DNA of 62,963 bases, counting the filler, from Basidiobolus ranarum (lineage: Eukaryota), in assembly GCA_040143965.1 (NCBI GenBank). It is 10 parts of 10 records of this genome, joined end to end, with 100 filler letters (N's around TTAATTAATTAA, not from the genome) between each part and the next. Parts side by side here need not be neighbours in the genome. Positions count along the whole stretch, not along the records: positions 44,186 to 50,383 come from JASJQH010008256.1; positions 50,484 to 56,676 come from JASJQH010008257.1; positions 56,777 to 62,963 come from JASJQH010008258.1; 7 more parts are not named here. One strand, 5' to 3'. The position numbers and the translations under genes are program-made. Below, in pieces: positions 48,460 through 60,784 of the stretch. A model generated the notes under the pieces. The model ran no database searches. It saw only the letters and a program-made list of their open reading frames with translations, and had not been told where the DNA came from. The stretch's first letter is position 1. Each line of letters opens with the position of its first letter.

Positions 48460-50383
48460 GAGTCACTTTTTTTCTAATTTTAATGCTCCCACTGAACTAA
48501 TTATTTTGCCTTTCTCTCAAACCTAACTTGTATTTCATTACTTCCAATTGTGCTTTAACAAAAGGTTTGATTCAGTTGTCAGCAATCATTTGTTCCATAG
48601 GGCAATAGAGAAGTTTAATTATACTATCATCTCCTGCTTGTCTAACGGAATGATGCCAAATATCAATATGTTTTATAGTAGCTTGAAATGTAGGGTCCTT
48701 AGCTAATGAAATACAGCTTTGCTTATGTTCAATTACGGTTACAGCTAAGTCCTTAAAAAACTTATTCAACCACATAGCTTCTTGTGGAGTAGCAGAGGCA
48801 GCCATGTAATCTACTTCTGTAGTGAAAGTGCTTTGGTGGGTTGCTTTGTACTATTCTAATGATGGCCCCATTATTCTAGAGAAAAGGGCACACATTTCTT
48901 GATCTTTTATCATTAAGGCTTGCTTTCCAGTCTGAATCATTGCAGCCTTCCAGAATGGGTGCATCAGGAGTGGCAGAGTAGTCCAGGACTACAACTTTAG
49001 TTCCTTGCAAATACCTGAATATTTCTTTTGCTGCCTTTTGTGCTCAGGCACTGGAGATCTGAGATATTGGCTGACAGTTCCCACTGCCATCGCAATGTCT
49101 AGATGTGTTCCAACCGTTGTATATATTGAACTCCCCATCATGGATTAATAAGGGAACTCATTGCTTTGATATAAGTCACTTTAGGTCAAATTGGATGATA
49201 TTTTGACTAATCTCACATTGGGATCCATTGATGTTGATACAAGCTTGCTATTCTCCATGTAGAAGCATTTTAAGATATCTAGGATGCATCTAGACTGATT
49301 CAGCATGAATTTCCCACTTGGTTTATATCTCTTGAGTTGGATTCCAAGGAAATAACTTAAATAACCCATATCAATCTTCTGAAGTTGCTTTGATAAGCTG
49401 CTTTTTGTCTGTTTTAGTGCTTCTAGATCATATGTGACTGTGATCAAGTCATTCACATATAGTGCTAAGAGAGGATCCCATTTCAGGTTGTTCTTATGCA
49501 AATGCTGTGTTCTACTGTGCATTTTTGGAACTCCAGTGATTCCAAATAGGTATCTAGTTTGTTCTACCATGCCCTGGGTGCTTGCTTGAGTCCATGTTGC
49601 AATATTTTTAGTTTACAAACAATATAGAGGGGTTTTTGGTCAATGAATTCATCTGGTTGCTGCATATTGATTTCTTCTTGTAGATTTCCATTCCAAAAGA
49701 CTGTTTTTACATCCATTTAATGTAAATCAAGGTAATGGATGGCTGCAAGTGCCAGGATTGATCTAATAGAGCAAACCTTACCTACTGGAGCAAAGATTTC
49801 ATTAATTCAAAGCCCACAGTCTGGGAATAGGCTTTTACAACTACTCTTGAACTGTGCCTTTTTATTTCATCAACTTGGTTTTTGCCTTTGTAGACCCGTT
49901 TGCTATCTATTGGCTTTTGTCCTGATGGTAGAGAACTTAAAACCATGCTTTATTTTCCCAAAGTGAATATAACTCATTGGACATAACTTTTTCCCATAAT
50001 TTTAAATCTGGATACCCCAGATCTTCCTCAAGAGTCTGTGGCTCATTACAGATAGCTTCATAAGCACAAACATCAGTAGGCCTAAGATCTATCATAGTTA
50101 CCAACAAATACTCATGTTATGCTTTTGGGTTCCAATTTAGAACATTTTTGCACTTGAATTAGGCAATATACTGTGCAACCAAAGATCCTTAAATAATCCA
50201 CACTTGGTTTCAAACCATATAGAGCTTTAAATGGAGTAGAAACTTGTAGCTAAATTGCTTGGCATCTACTTTTAAATAGACAGCAGTGTAGACAGATTCA
50301 GCCCAATATTAGTAATCCAACATTTGATAATGTAACATTGCTCTTGCCATCTCCACTTTGGTCCTATTATGATGTTATGCTAC
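48460..50383 (-). mobile_element. Degenerate Copia pol (integrase end, RT, RNase H), PPT and LTR stub
   Basis: WAESVYTA, MDVKTVFWNGNLQEE, LALYVNDL, YFLGIQ, GTHLDIAMAV, KHIDIWHHSVR; TCAGTGGGAG PPT-like tract at ~48490. Confidence 0.92.
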
Positions 50384-50483
50384 NNNNNNNNNNNNNNNNN
50401 NNNNNNNNNNNNNNNNNNNNNNNNNNNTTAATTAATTAANNNNNNNNNNNNNNNNNNNNNNNNNNNNNNNNNNNNNNNNNNNN
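50384..50483. other. Artificial contig linker
   Basis: N44-TTAATTAATTAA-N44. Confidence 0.99.
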
Positions 50484-53400
50484 ATCTAAACAACGCCATT
50501 CAAATAAATACATAATCTTACCACCCCACGTCTAGAATACTGCTTTGAAGAATGTCTCCATTATTTACTTAATTAGTCGTGGTAAGCTTACGAAAGTGAA
50601 TTGTTGACGGCCTATGAATTAGACTTGGATGAGAAGGAATTTTAAGAAAGTAGTGTCCTCAAGTCTTTAACCTTTCAACCTTCCGCTTCTTATTATATGC
50701 CACAGCGGGACTAAAAAATAGGTTTCAGGTTTATTTGATGGAATTTCCCAAATGATCTTCGGTGAGTACAATTAAGATACGTCAATGATTTGAAAATGGT
50801 AACATCCACTTCCACTCTCTGAATGGTGCTACTTAACGGGAAGAAAGGGTACTGGTACCTAGTGGGAACAGAAACTCTTTACAATTTATTAACCTCGAGA
50901 ATCCAATGGCCATATCAGTCTGTGGCCAAGGTTTCAAAGTCTATTTCATTCATTTCTCTAATTAAGCTTTCCGCTCCCAGTGGCATTCGCTAGCCTGTGA
51001 GAAGTGAAGATCGGAGAGCATGAAGAGAGATATGTTGCGCGAGAGGTTCTCTACCCTGAAACATCTTTGATCTTCCTCAAGAACCTTAAAAATGAATCAA
51101 AATGATTTGAATTAGTCATGCAACAAGTCACAGAAACATTCACGACAACGGCAGAGATGAATACTTTCAGGATGGTGAATAATTTGCCTACTGAGCATGG
51201 GCTTGAATACACTCCGCATCATACTGAACGTTAGCTTTCTTTTACCGTTTCGGAAGAGGTTTCCCAAGGATAAGCTATATGAAACCACTGATATTGATGC
51301 TGTTGAAACCATCGAGTCAACTACTCCATTTGAAATGGTGGGCGGAGTGTTGCCAGCAACTAATTGGTAATTTTGACATGGAGAATGGAGGATAGTTACT
51401 GATTTTTGGATTAACACCTTGAACGTCTTTACACTCCCACTACTGATACCAACACCATCACCATCACCAATACCACCACCTCCACTGGCATACAGTTGTC
51501 ACCAGATAACTGATTAACAGAATAGCCTATCGTTGCTCTTCACAAGCAACACCCTATGCTGGTCCACCAAACCTCAACAGAATCAACGTCAGAAATATTC
51601 AGACTCTACTTGTAAGCCAATCGTGGCCAAGCAAAGGATGAACATAGGTGAAAACGGATTTTATCAATGCACATTAATTTGTTGAGGTTGGTGGCCCCCA
51701 CGCCCCCGCCATCTCTACAGGAGACGGGCTTTGCCTCCCTCATCGTAGGAGACAAAGGTGAATTACTCTCCCTGAGATATGTTGAATAGAGAGAGGAATT
51801 CTCTCGGAAGAATACACTGTCAATGGAAATCACCACATGTGCTCAATGGTTGACGCTAAGTTACCGTCATACTGGAATAGAGTGATATCTTCCAGAAGCA
51901 GTGTTTGGGAATGTCGGAGTAGTCATCTGCGAATCTTAATGATCCATCAACACTTGATAGAGATTTGGTATTTTTTGAGTATGATGATCCTATTTATGGA
52001 TGAAAGAAATCGGCCCAACGCTTGGTTGCAAAGCTACCAACTCTAACCACATCGGGCTACCCCTATCCAACGTTGATTCATCTATGACTGCTTAGCAAAC
52101 TTTCGCTCGTCAGATGTTCTTAATAAGATCCGTGATGATCATAAGTTGACTCTAGATCGCACTGTTCGCACCTCTGATCAGGATGATTACTCTAAGAGAT
52201 GCCAGAATACAAATCCATCATGACATCGATGATCGTTGCACAATTGTTCTAATGGAGGAGGTGTAATTTAGACTCGCCAGCTCCAAAGTGATGAGTGACG
52301 TTTGGACTTGAGACTTGGCATCTTTTCAGCAATCAATACGCGAGATGGATCCCATTTCATTGGAACACCTTGTCGGCTCTTTTACAAGTAGAAGTCACTC
52401 AAGACAAGCGGAGTTTCGTCATTGATAGGATTCAGGAAACCTTCGATAGTGTCACGAGTAAATTTGGTAATCTTCCCCCACCTGTATCCCACTTCCATAT
52501 AGACTTTAGCCAGGCAGAATAGACTCCATCACAATTATTTGGTCACCTCTTGACTCACCAACAGCTCCAGGTTGGTTACTTGCTGTACATTGCGTGATTA
52601 TTCTGGTAATGCTAATTTTGACGCAGTCAATCCTAATTGTTAACTTCCAATGCCCTAAGAATTAGCTCTCTGAACAGATTGACAATCCCTTTTGGTGGGT
52701 TTCTTGGTTCTTGAAACCTGAATGCTCACCAGTTTCATTGAGATGATAGTTAGCCTCAAATGGTAACTTGAAAAGCCCTATTCATCTCTCTTCCAAAGTA
52801 GGCACTTATTCATGATGTACATTGATTGTAGTAATTTGATATGGAAATTTCTGAACAAGTTGTATTTTCTTGCATTCCTAACTCAGCATCGGTGCAGTAG
52901 CACAACTATCCCAGAGCTTACAATAGCAACTCCAATTAGTTTATTAAGTTTAGACATACTACTAGTGTGGGAATATGGGAGTGTTGTACCTAAATATTCA
53001 TGGACTACGCATAGTTAAGCTATAGCTTATTTGAGAAGCATTTGTGGCTGTTTCATATACAACAGGCCAACATTCAATGTACATGGGCATAAACTTGTCC
53101 AGACACTGTCGATTGATAGCTTATTTTCTGAGGATTGTGACCCACACTCATGGGCAGACATTAGAATCGAAATGTACATCAATACCCGACTTATTGAACA
53201 CTATCTGGCAAAAAGAATGATTGTTATGGCTGTGAGTTATCCTTGATATCTATTAATATACCCTGTTCAGACTGAATTGGTTATACTACTACAGGATAAT
53301 GGTGCCCTTATTGAACAAGAAGATAGTATGCATGCACTTGGCACTATCACCTCTACTGCACCCTAGTAATTGAGCATCAAAATCTCTGGAACTTTCAACA

Positions 53401-54002
53401 CACACGCTTGTAGATCTTTTCTATAGGAAGAATAGCTCAAACAATGCTCTTCAGAATAAGGTCTAGAATTTCTTGATGCTTCTCGTTGGAATACTGCTCC
53501 TTGAATAGTTTGTTGACCGCAAGCAATTAATATCTGGTATTGAATGCTACTACTTCCTATCGGTTTACTTTATATCTTAATATTAAGAGGGTTATTAACT
53601 GATGTTTAATATATTGTTACAGAATTCTCAGAAACTCAGGTGCTAGTTGCATCATGGATATGTTTATTGACTTTGAACAATTCGATCACTATTTAGTCAA
53701 AAGACTTTCGATAATGCATAGCGAGAGTTTAAAGTTAATTCCGCCACAATCTCACGGGTCAGATGAATTTCCGTACCGAATGTGACTCGAATGAATCTCC
53801 AGTATTTTCGGCAACTACGAAAATTCCTACAATTTCCATGGGTTCCAAAATCCAAAATATTTTCCTATCCAGTAATGAAGCAGAAAAAATTTATTCAATG
53901 ACAGAAAAATTTGGGTGGGATACATTTTAGTGACTTCGAGTTGAATTTTTTTATTAGAGTTCTCTGGGATACTACATTATACTTTTTTGTAATAAGATTA
54001 AT

Positions 54003-55236
54003 ATGATTTGGAGAGCATTCAATACTGTGTTAAGGGCAACCCCTTCAACCAGAACCTTATTGATACCACAACGTACCTTCACTGTCGGCTCTAAACTAAG
54101 CTTTCCTCGCGTCAAGCCTACCTTATCTTCTCTTGGAAGACAAAGCTTGGCTCACCTTCAGGAGGCTGGATATGAAAGCGAAAACACCATAGAAAAAACT
54201 AGATTTACCGACTTTTCCCCTAAAAAGAAGCACATTGCTTATGTGGAAGATTTGTTTCCGAAAAACCCATACCATTTAAAGGATACTGAGAAACTCCATC
54301 AGTTAAGAACCGCGGATATTAAAGAAGTATGTACCCAAATACATAGATATTACCTATTGACTTAGCTTTTATACGATAAACCCTTTATTCGATACTTATC
54401 TATTGATTTTTTTGCTTTAGGTCGCTTTTATAGGCAGATCAGGAGTCGGGGTATGGATTCCCATGGAAAATATTTCTAAAACAACCACTAAAACCTTACT
54501 CAAACTATAGAAAACTGCAGTAATTCATGCCGTTGCCGGTCGTAAAAAGATGATGAAAACTTTCCAAGGACACAAAAAAGACCGGGTAAATATCTCTCTT
54601 GGGTTACTTTACGTATATGAAATGCAGAATTCCCTGACTTACTTTTTTATTCAAACTGACTCTTTAGAAAGCTACTAAACTTCCCAATTTTTTCTCGATT
54701 GACGATAAATTGATTTTGGTTGATATACCGGGTTACGGACGTAGCAGTTGGAAAGATTGGGGGCCTGAATGCTTGGCTTACTTCACCAAGCCAAAGCCAA
54801 AGTAAGTAGCCAAAAAATTATTTGGAAGCTTATTCAGCCATTTGAATCCCACTAATAAGGTTCAATTAGTCTTACCCGAGTTTTCTTGATTCTGGAATCA
54901 TATGAGGGATTGAAAACCGCCGACCGGAAAATGGTGAAGTTCTTAGAGAAGCACAAGATCGAATACCAGGTATGTTGAGACCCTTCAATCATCATTACTT
55001 CATTACATTTCCTCACTACTTTGGAATTTATTTTAAAGGTGATCATCACCAAAGCCGATCATTACACTAATATCAAATTCCGAGCACAAAAAGCACTCAT
55101 CGAAGATGATCTGTTCGATAACACACAAACTTGTTTTCCTCAAGTCCTCCCGATGGCTCTACCCAAGAAGAAAGGAATTGACGAGGTGAGATGTTCTATC
55201 ATTAGAGCATGCAAAATTCAACCCGCAGACATTTAA
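54003..55236 (+). CDS. EngB/YihA-family GTPase, probably mitochondrial, 6 exons
   Basis: Exons 54003-54326, 54421-54450, 54511-54585, 54668-54801, 54870-54969 and 55039-55236. EVAFIGRSGVGKT, LVDIPGYG, IITKAD; Arg/Ser/Thr-rich presequence-like N-terminus. Confidence 0.88.
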
Positions 55237-55768
55237 ATTCTGAATCTTTACATATACGTAATAACTGATAAAATATCTCTCAAATATTTGCTGTTCATTG
55301 AAGCACTTTTTCTATTGTATATAATAGAACACAGTGCATTTGAATTAATGATGCCGTGTACATCTTAGTTTATGCAATCGACAACTGACTCCACTTGTTC
55401 ACGAAATAATTCTACAATTATTAGAAAGTACCGAGATTCGAAGAAAAATACTAGAATACTAGGTAGGTTGTTGTCACCATGTATGACATATTCCATGACA
55501 TTGACAACATGTAATTTGTAAAGCAGCTATGATGAACAACGTTTCGAATTTACAAGGATTCATATTTATTACATTTAATGACTGTACAAGTGACATAGTG
55601 GCATCATTATATTACACGTGGTGGTTTAGTACCATTGTTCGTTAACCCACGATTAAGAGTTCCCGGCGAAGTGCGAGTCATAGGGTGTTGATATATTCCG
55701 AAAGCTAAGATAAAAATGGGTTAAAATCAAATATCAAAGGTAGTTACGATAAACTGATTGAATAGGCG

Positions 55769-56006
55769 TATCAGTCCCGAAAGATGGTATAAGAAAACAA
55801 CATCGCCTTTAGGCTAGTTATTCGTGGTTGTTGTCATCACATGCGCCATTAATAAATTTCGTTGATGAAATAGATTATTACCTTGAAATAAGAAAGAGAT
55901 TTAGTAAAGGTGTATGTTGGAGTTTCAATAACGTTGACAGAAGAATATCAGTCCCGAAAGATGGTATATGATAACAACATTGCTTTTTGCTAGTTTATCG
56001 GTTTGG
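55769..56006. repeat. Diverged ~60-bp direct repeat pair (starting 55769 and 55946)
   Basis: Identical core TATCAGTCCCGAAAGATGGTATA followed by similar AACAACAT...GCTAGTT. Confidence 0.8.
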
Positions 56007-56676
56007 TTTACATCACTATATTTCTTCCATTTCAAAAGATATAAATCAAATATTCACCTTATATACAGAGACGGTTCTTGTTTGCGAGAGATCAACTCAT
56101 CACCTTGGAAACGGAGGCATTCCGCAGATCACTTGCTATTCTATTGAGAGAAGTGATGAGGGAGATAATGTTAGACTTCCTGGTGATTCTCGTTTTATGT
56201 CGATGCTCCGTGTGGAAAAAAAATAACTACACCAATCACAGTAAGTACCTAGTGAAGGGGGAGCGCACGCACCCTTGGTTTATTTCTAAAGATTCCGATT
56301 GCCATCCAGATTAGGATCGATAAGAAATCCTAACTAAACGAGAATGAAAAAAATGCTATGCTGGAAAAGGCAAGTGTTATTGCTAGTGAAAAATGAGGGA
56401 ATTTCCATTACCTTCATATTACGTAGTAGTTCAGTGGATACAAACTTGAGGATATTTTAGAAGTGTCGAGCAAATTAACTCATGAAGGAATTCGATAAAC
56501 ACATAAAGAAACACATGCCGATATTAGTGCAAAACAATATTTTATTGATTTAGTATTAGCTAACACATAACATGTAATTCTCAAATAAGATGAAACATGT
56601 TAGGCTTAGAATTGCATAGAATGAGGAGCTTGTCCCTTTCTGAGAGTGAAGGAAGCATTCAAGTATGAACGGAGAT

Positions 56677-56776
56677 NNNNNNNNNNNNNNNNNNNNNNNN
56701 NNNNNNNNNNNNNNNNNNNNTTAATTAATTAANNNNNNNNNNNNNNNNNNNNNNNNNNNNNNNNNNNNNNNNNNNN
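56677..56776. other. Artificial contig linker
   Basis: N44-TTAATTAATTAA-N44. Confidence 0.99.
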
Positions 56777-57391
56777 AACCTTAGTAAAGGGGTCATTGGT
56801 AGGATCCGAATTCCAATTATATTCAGCAACGTCCAATAAAAATGGCAAGGAGGGTTCTCCTACTATCAACTGTATCATGCGTATAGCCAAGTCCATTCCA
56901 GCACTCACACCAGAGGAAGTGAAGACATTTCCGTCTTCAGTCCACCTGGCTTCTCTCACCCAGTGAACTTTGGGACCAAACTGTACTACCCAAGGAAAAG
57001 CCATCTTATTAGATGTCGCTCTCTTCCCATCCAACAGACCGGCATTTGCCAAAATAGCCGAGCCTGTACATACAGATATTATGTATTTTGCTTGAGATGC
57101 CATTTTCCTCAATATATCCAGGAACCCGTCTATCACCATCACCTTTTCAGCGCCTGCCCCGCCACCAGGTACAAAAACAATGTCAAGCTTGGGCGGATTC
57201 CTCCAACTATGGGTACATACAAGTGATGTTTGCCCACTCGAAGGGCAAGCCTCTCCATCTTCGCTTAAGTATAAAATTTTAAAATGGTCTTTGAAGCCCT
57301 CCAGCATGCGTGTTGTACCTGTCACGTCAAGCAGGTCATATTGAGGGAACAGAATTACTCCAAATTGAAGTGGCCCATTGTTCGAAATCAT
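56777..57391 (-). CDS. DJ-1/PfpI family protein (isonitrile hydratase-like), 3' end truncated
   Basis: LLDVTG, VFVPGG, ISVCTGS (nucleophile Cys), LLDGKRATSN, TSSGVSAGMD, AEY...DPF. Confidence 0.93.
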
Positions 57392-57800
57392 AATCAAGTA
57401 GAATTAAGTGGACATCCACGGGTGATTGTACTTTTATAGCATTATCAATTTGTATTACCAATGTGCTCCTCAAGTCTACTATACATGGCCAGATTAGAGT
57501 GATTTCCATCCAGATGACTCATCTGCGCTTGATATACGATTCTTAATTTTTGAATTTCATGCAAATTGACACGGTATGTAGTCTAATGATTAGATGACTG
57601 TAATTTGCAACACTAGTGAGAATCCACATTTACCAGAGATTCACTATTTCTCACTAGCAACCTAGTACACCAAATTCATAGTCTCTATGCAGAGTTAGAT
57701 TCATCTGGCTTCCACCTTAGGGTTAGGTATGGGACTCAACCCATTGCAAACTCGATGTAACCAAAAAACACCTGCCACTCTACAATTTCCATTATCTCCC

Positions 57801-58076
57801 GGTAGTGAAGTGTGGAAGGTATACACAAGCATCTATTGATACTCGATAGGGTAAGCGCTAGAATATTTCAAAAGGGCAACAGACTACTGGCCAATATTCT
57901 TCTTCATTCCTAACGTCAAGTGACGCAATCAAGATCCCAGCAATTAATCAGATGCTCACTAGTTACTTGCCTAAACGAACCCCCATTCAACAACATGAGA
58001 TCAATGATCCTCTGGCTACAGCAAGCAGTGAGCAACAAATAAGCAGATAGTATGGATGGGATGGGATGGGATGGAT
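57801..58076 (+). repeat. Dispersed ~255-bp repeat, copy 1, with a (GGGAT)n tail
   Basis: Highly similar to 62707-62963; followed by ATGGATGGGATGGGATGGGATGGA. Confidence 0.9.
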
Positions 58077-58299
58077 AGATTCTTATTCAGTTTATTCACA
58101 ATTTCAGTTAAATACATAGATACTCATTTCGTATTTCACACAATACGGTACTCGTTACTTCATTTTGGTTAGAGATATTTGCAAGTTACGCTTAGAATAC
58201 GCTTAGAATCGTTACATGGGTTGAGTTTGCCAAGGATTTGTGTCTGAGACGTGCCACTCTCCTATCATTCTCTCTCCCCCAGTGTTGACGAATACCAGA

Positions 58300-59559
58300 T
58301 CAGAAGTCGCATTGGTCTTCGTTGTCGAACCAATCATAGTCAGGGATGTTCAAGTTCTCTGGAAGTAGAACGTGGTCGATGGCATGGAAGACACCATTCT
58401 CAGCTGGGATGTCTGAGAAGAGAACATGAGCCTCATCGTTAATGCGGATATTGTCACCCGAGCGAGTGCTGGGCTTGGCTTCGACGAGTAGTCTCTCCCC
58501 ACGAAGGAAGGTGTCCAAGTATACCACCTCACCACGGCGGCCCTGCTTATACTTGCGATCACTGCCACGGCCAAAGCCACGATTATAGCCACGGCCGTGA
58601 CTGCGTTCATAGCCTTGGGAGAAGAGAGAGTTGGAGTCCTGAGCAAGCTCGTTGTTGTCATATCTGTGGCTGAAGTCACCACCTCTGTAGCGAGGTCTCT
58701 CGAGATCCCGACCACTGTTTCCACCGCGTCTGAATCCTTGACCTCCACCAGTGCCCACATCCTCCATCTCGAACTCGGTGCTGTACAGAAGCTCCGGGGT
58801 AAAGTGATACTCAAGGATCTTGCGAAGGTCACGAGTTCCTTCTTGGCTGAAGAGATAGCTAAGGGCCTGACATCCAAGTTGTCGGAATGCTTGATTGGTT
58901 GGAGCCCAGCCTGTGATGGCTATTTGACTTTCAAGTTCGCGATACAGGCCAGTTCTCTGAAGAGCAGCACTCAAGGTGGAGAACTTGGTAGGCATCTTCA
59001 TGATCATCTCGTACATGTTCTGGGGTGGAAGGACTACCTCGTCAATTGCATGTACAAGGCCGTTCATTGCCTCCATTCCAGACTCCTGAATGGGTACCAG
59101 GTTGTTCAAGAACACATGGCCAGCACGACGAACCACTCGAATTTGCTGCTCTTGTCCATCGAGGCCTGGCTCACGAAGCTTCGTTCTGAGTAGCTTTGTC
59201 TCGACCAGACTCTGTCTGTCCAAGAACTCAGGGACCATGTGGTACTTGAGTACGGTGCTGATCTCTTCTGGGGAGAGTCTCCCTTGATACCTAACTCGGA
59301 GCTTCTCGAAAGCCTCATTGGTTGGCGCAAAGACGGTGACTTCCTGTCGGTTGCCATCCAAGTCGTTCACAAGCCCACTCTCATAGGTAAGGCTATCCAT
59401 GAACTGTGAGAAGCGTCTGTCGTTAGCCAAGATGTCCATAACGGAGCTGCCCTTGCGTCCTCCACGATCGTATCCTCGATCATATCTATCTCCGCGACCA
59501 TATGGAGAGCTGGCCACAACAGCGGTCGAGATAAGAGCAAGAAGAAGTTGAATACGCAT
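58300..59559 (-). CDS. Secreted fasciclin protein with two FAS1 domains
   Basis: Signal peptide; TVFAPTNEAF, LKYHMV, NGLVHAIDEVVLP; second domain TGWAPTNQAF, LEYHF, NGVFHAIDHVLLP. Confidence 0.95.
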   Translation of the reverse strand: MRIQLLLALISTAVVASSPYGRGDRYDRGYDRGGRKGSSVMDILANDRRFSQFMDSLTYESGLVNDLDGNRQEVTVFAPTNEAFEKLRVRYQGRLSPEEISTVLKYHMVPEFLDRQSLVETKLLRTKLREPGLDGQEQQIRVVRRAGHVFLNNLVPIQESGMEAMNGLVHAIDEVVLPPQNMYEMIMKMPTKFSTLSAALQRTGLYRELESQIAITGWAPTNQAFRQLGCQALSYLFSQEGTRDLRKILEYHFTPELLYSTEFEMEDVGTGGGQGFRRGGNSGRDLERPRYRGGDFSHRYDNNELAQDSNSLFSQGYERSHGRGYNRGFGRGSDRKYKQGRRGEVVYLDTFLRGERLLVEAKPSTRSGDNIRINDEAHVLFSDIPAENGVFHAIDHVLLPENLNIPDYDWFDNEDQCDF

Positions 59560-60784
59560 GGTGTGTTTGTTTCCTCAAAGTGGATGAGTTTGAGTCTGGA
59601 GAGAGAGTCTGGTCTGATTATATACCCACCACATTCTCATGCTAGCATTCATTCTCGTGCCTAAGCCACCAATCTTGCACCTTGTCACAAATGAATCTGT
59701 CAAATCCACCAAATTCAGCTAAACTAAGCCACTACTTGAGCAAACGTAATAAGACGACTATACAGGTCATCTACATTGGTTTCAGTACAGTGATTTAATC
59801 CATTTGGCCGGTAGATACTGTAGTCAGGAATATTTGAGGGTAAATTTGGATATCTTTTGATCCTTCGTTATGAGTCTGCAATATGTTGATGACAACCACT
59901 TCATTTTCAAACTTGTTGATGATATTAAGTAATCATAGATAATGCAGGATACTCATTTCCGCTGATTTAGCATCTCATGAACATAAAATGTCCTTCTTGG
60001 CTGTACAAATATTACTGGAACTACTAATCAAATGGCAGAATCCATGTTCTATTCTTTACATTCAAATCAATTGCACTTACTAGCAGCCAGTAGCCATCAA
60101 GATTTCCTGTGTAAATATCAATCTCTGATCAAGTGCTTACCATCATTCTTAGTACGACCTTTTGAAGTATTTGATGATCTAGAATACTACAAGTCATAAC
60201 AAATTGTTTGGCGCGGAAGTCATGTACCACATGGAATTGTGTGATATTATGGAAATGATGAGAGAAACGTACATGTATCAGCCTATCTTGCATAATCTGC
60301 TAGACTGTTTAGATTTCACAGGATTTGTGGGAGAGCAAATAACTACGACGAATGTAAGAGGAATAAGATCGAATTCGGCAATTAGTGGTTTAAATTACAC
60401 TGACCAAATATAGGAATTTTGGTTTTCCTCATGTTATTTTTCCAATAGAGTGTAAGAACTGCCTACTACAAAGCACTCTCCCGCAATTCAACCAAACTAT
60501 TATTATTATTGATAGACTAGAGTGTGCCTCTATTACCTAGATCATTCTCCTTAAATAGTGTAGGGCTACTTTTATTCCGGTAATGTATATCCAAGTAACA
60601 CACGTCCATTTCGGAAGGGAATTTTTTATTAATGGAATATATTATAAATTATTGCACAGTCTAGGTACTTAAATATACTAGGCTGCCTTTCTAATTGATG
60701 GACTTTCTATTGCTTTCCGATACTTTCATTAACTTTTAACTTTGCCTTCGGGTCTTAACGTAATTCATAAACTTTTGACTAATA

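Noticed and set aside
50484-53400. Possible degenerate transposon or gene relic
   Set aside because: No recognisable transposase, RT or host-gene motif by eye; needs a translated search.
58350-59357. Long overlapping and antisense ORFs on the fasciclin gene
   Set aside because: Expected shadows of strong codon bias; no independent motifs.
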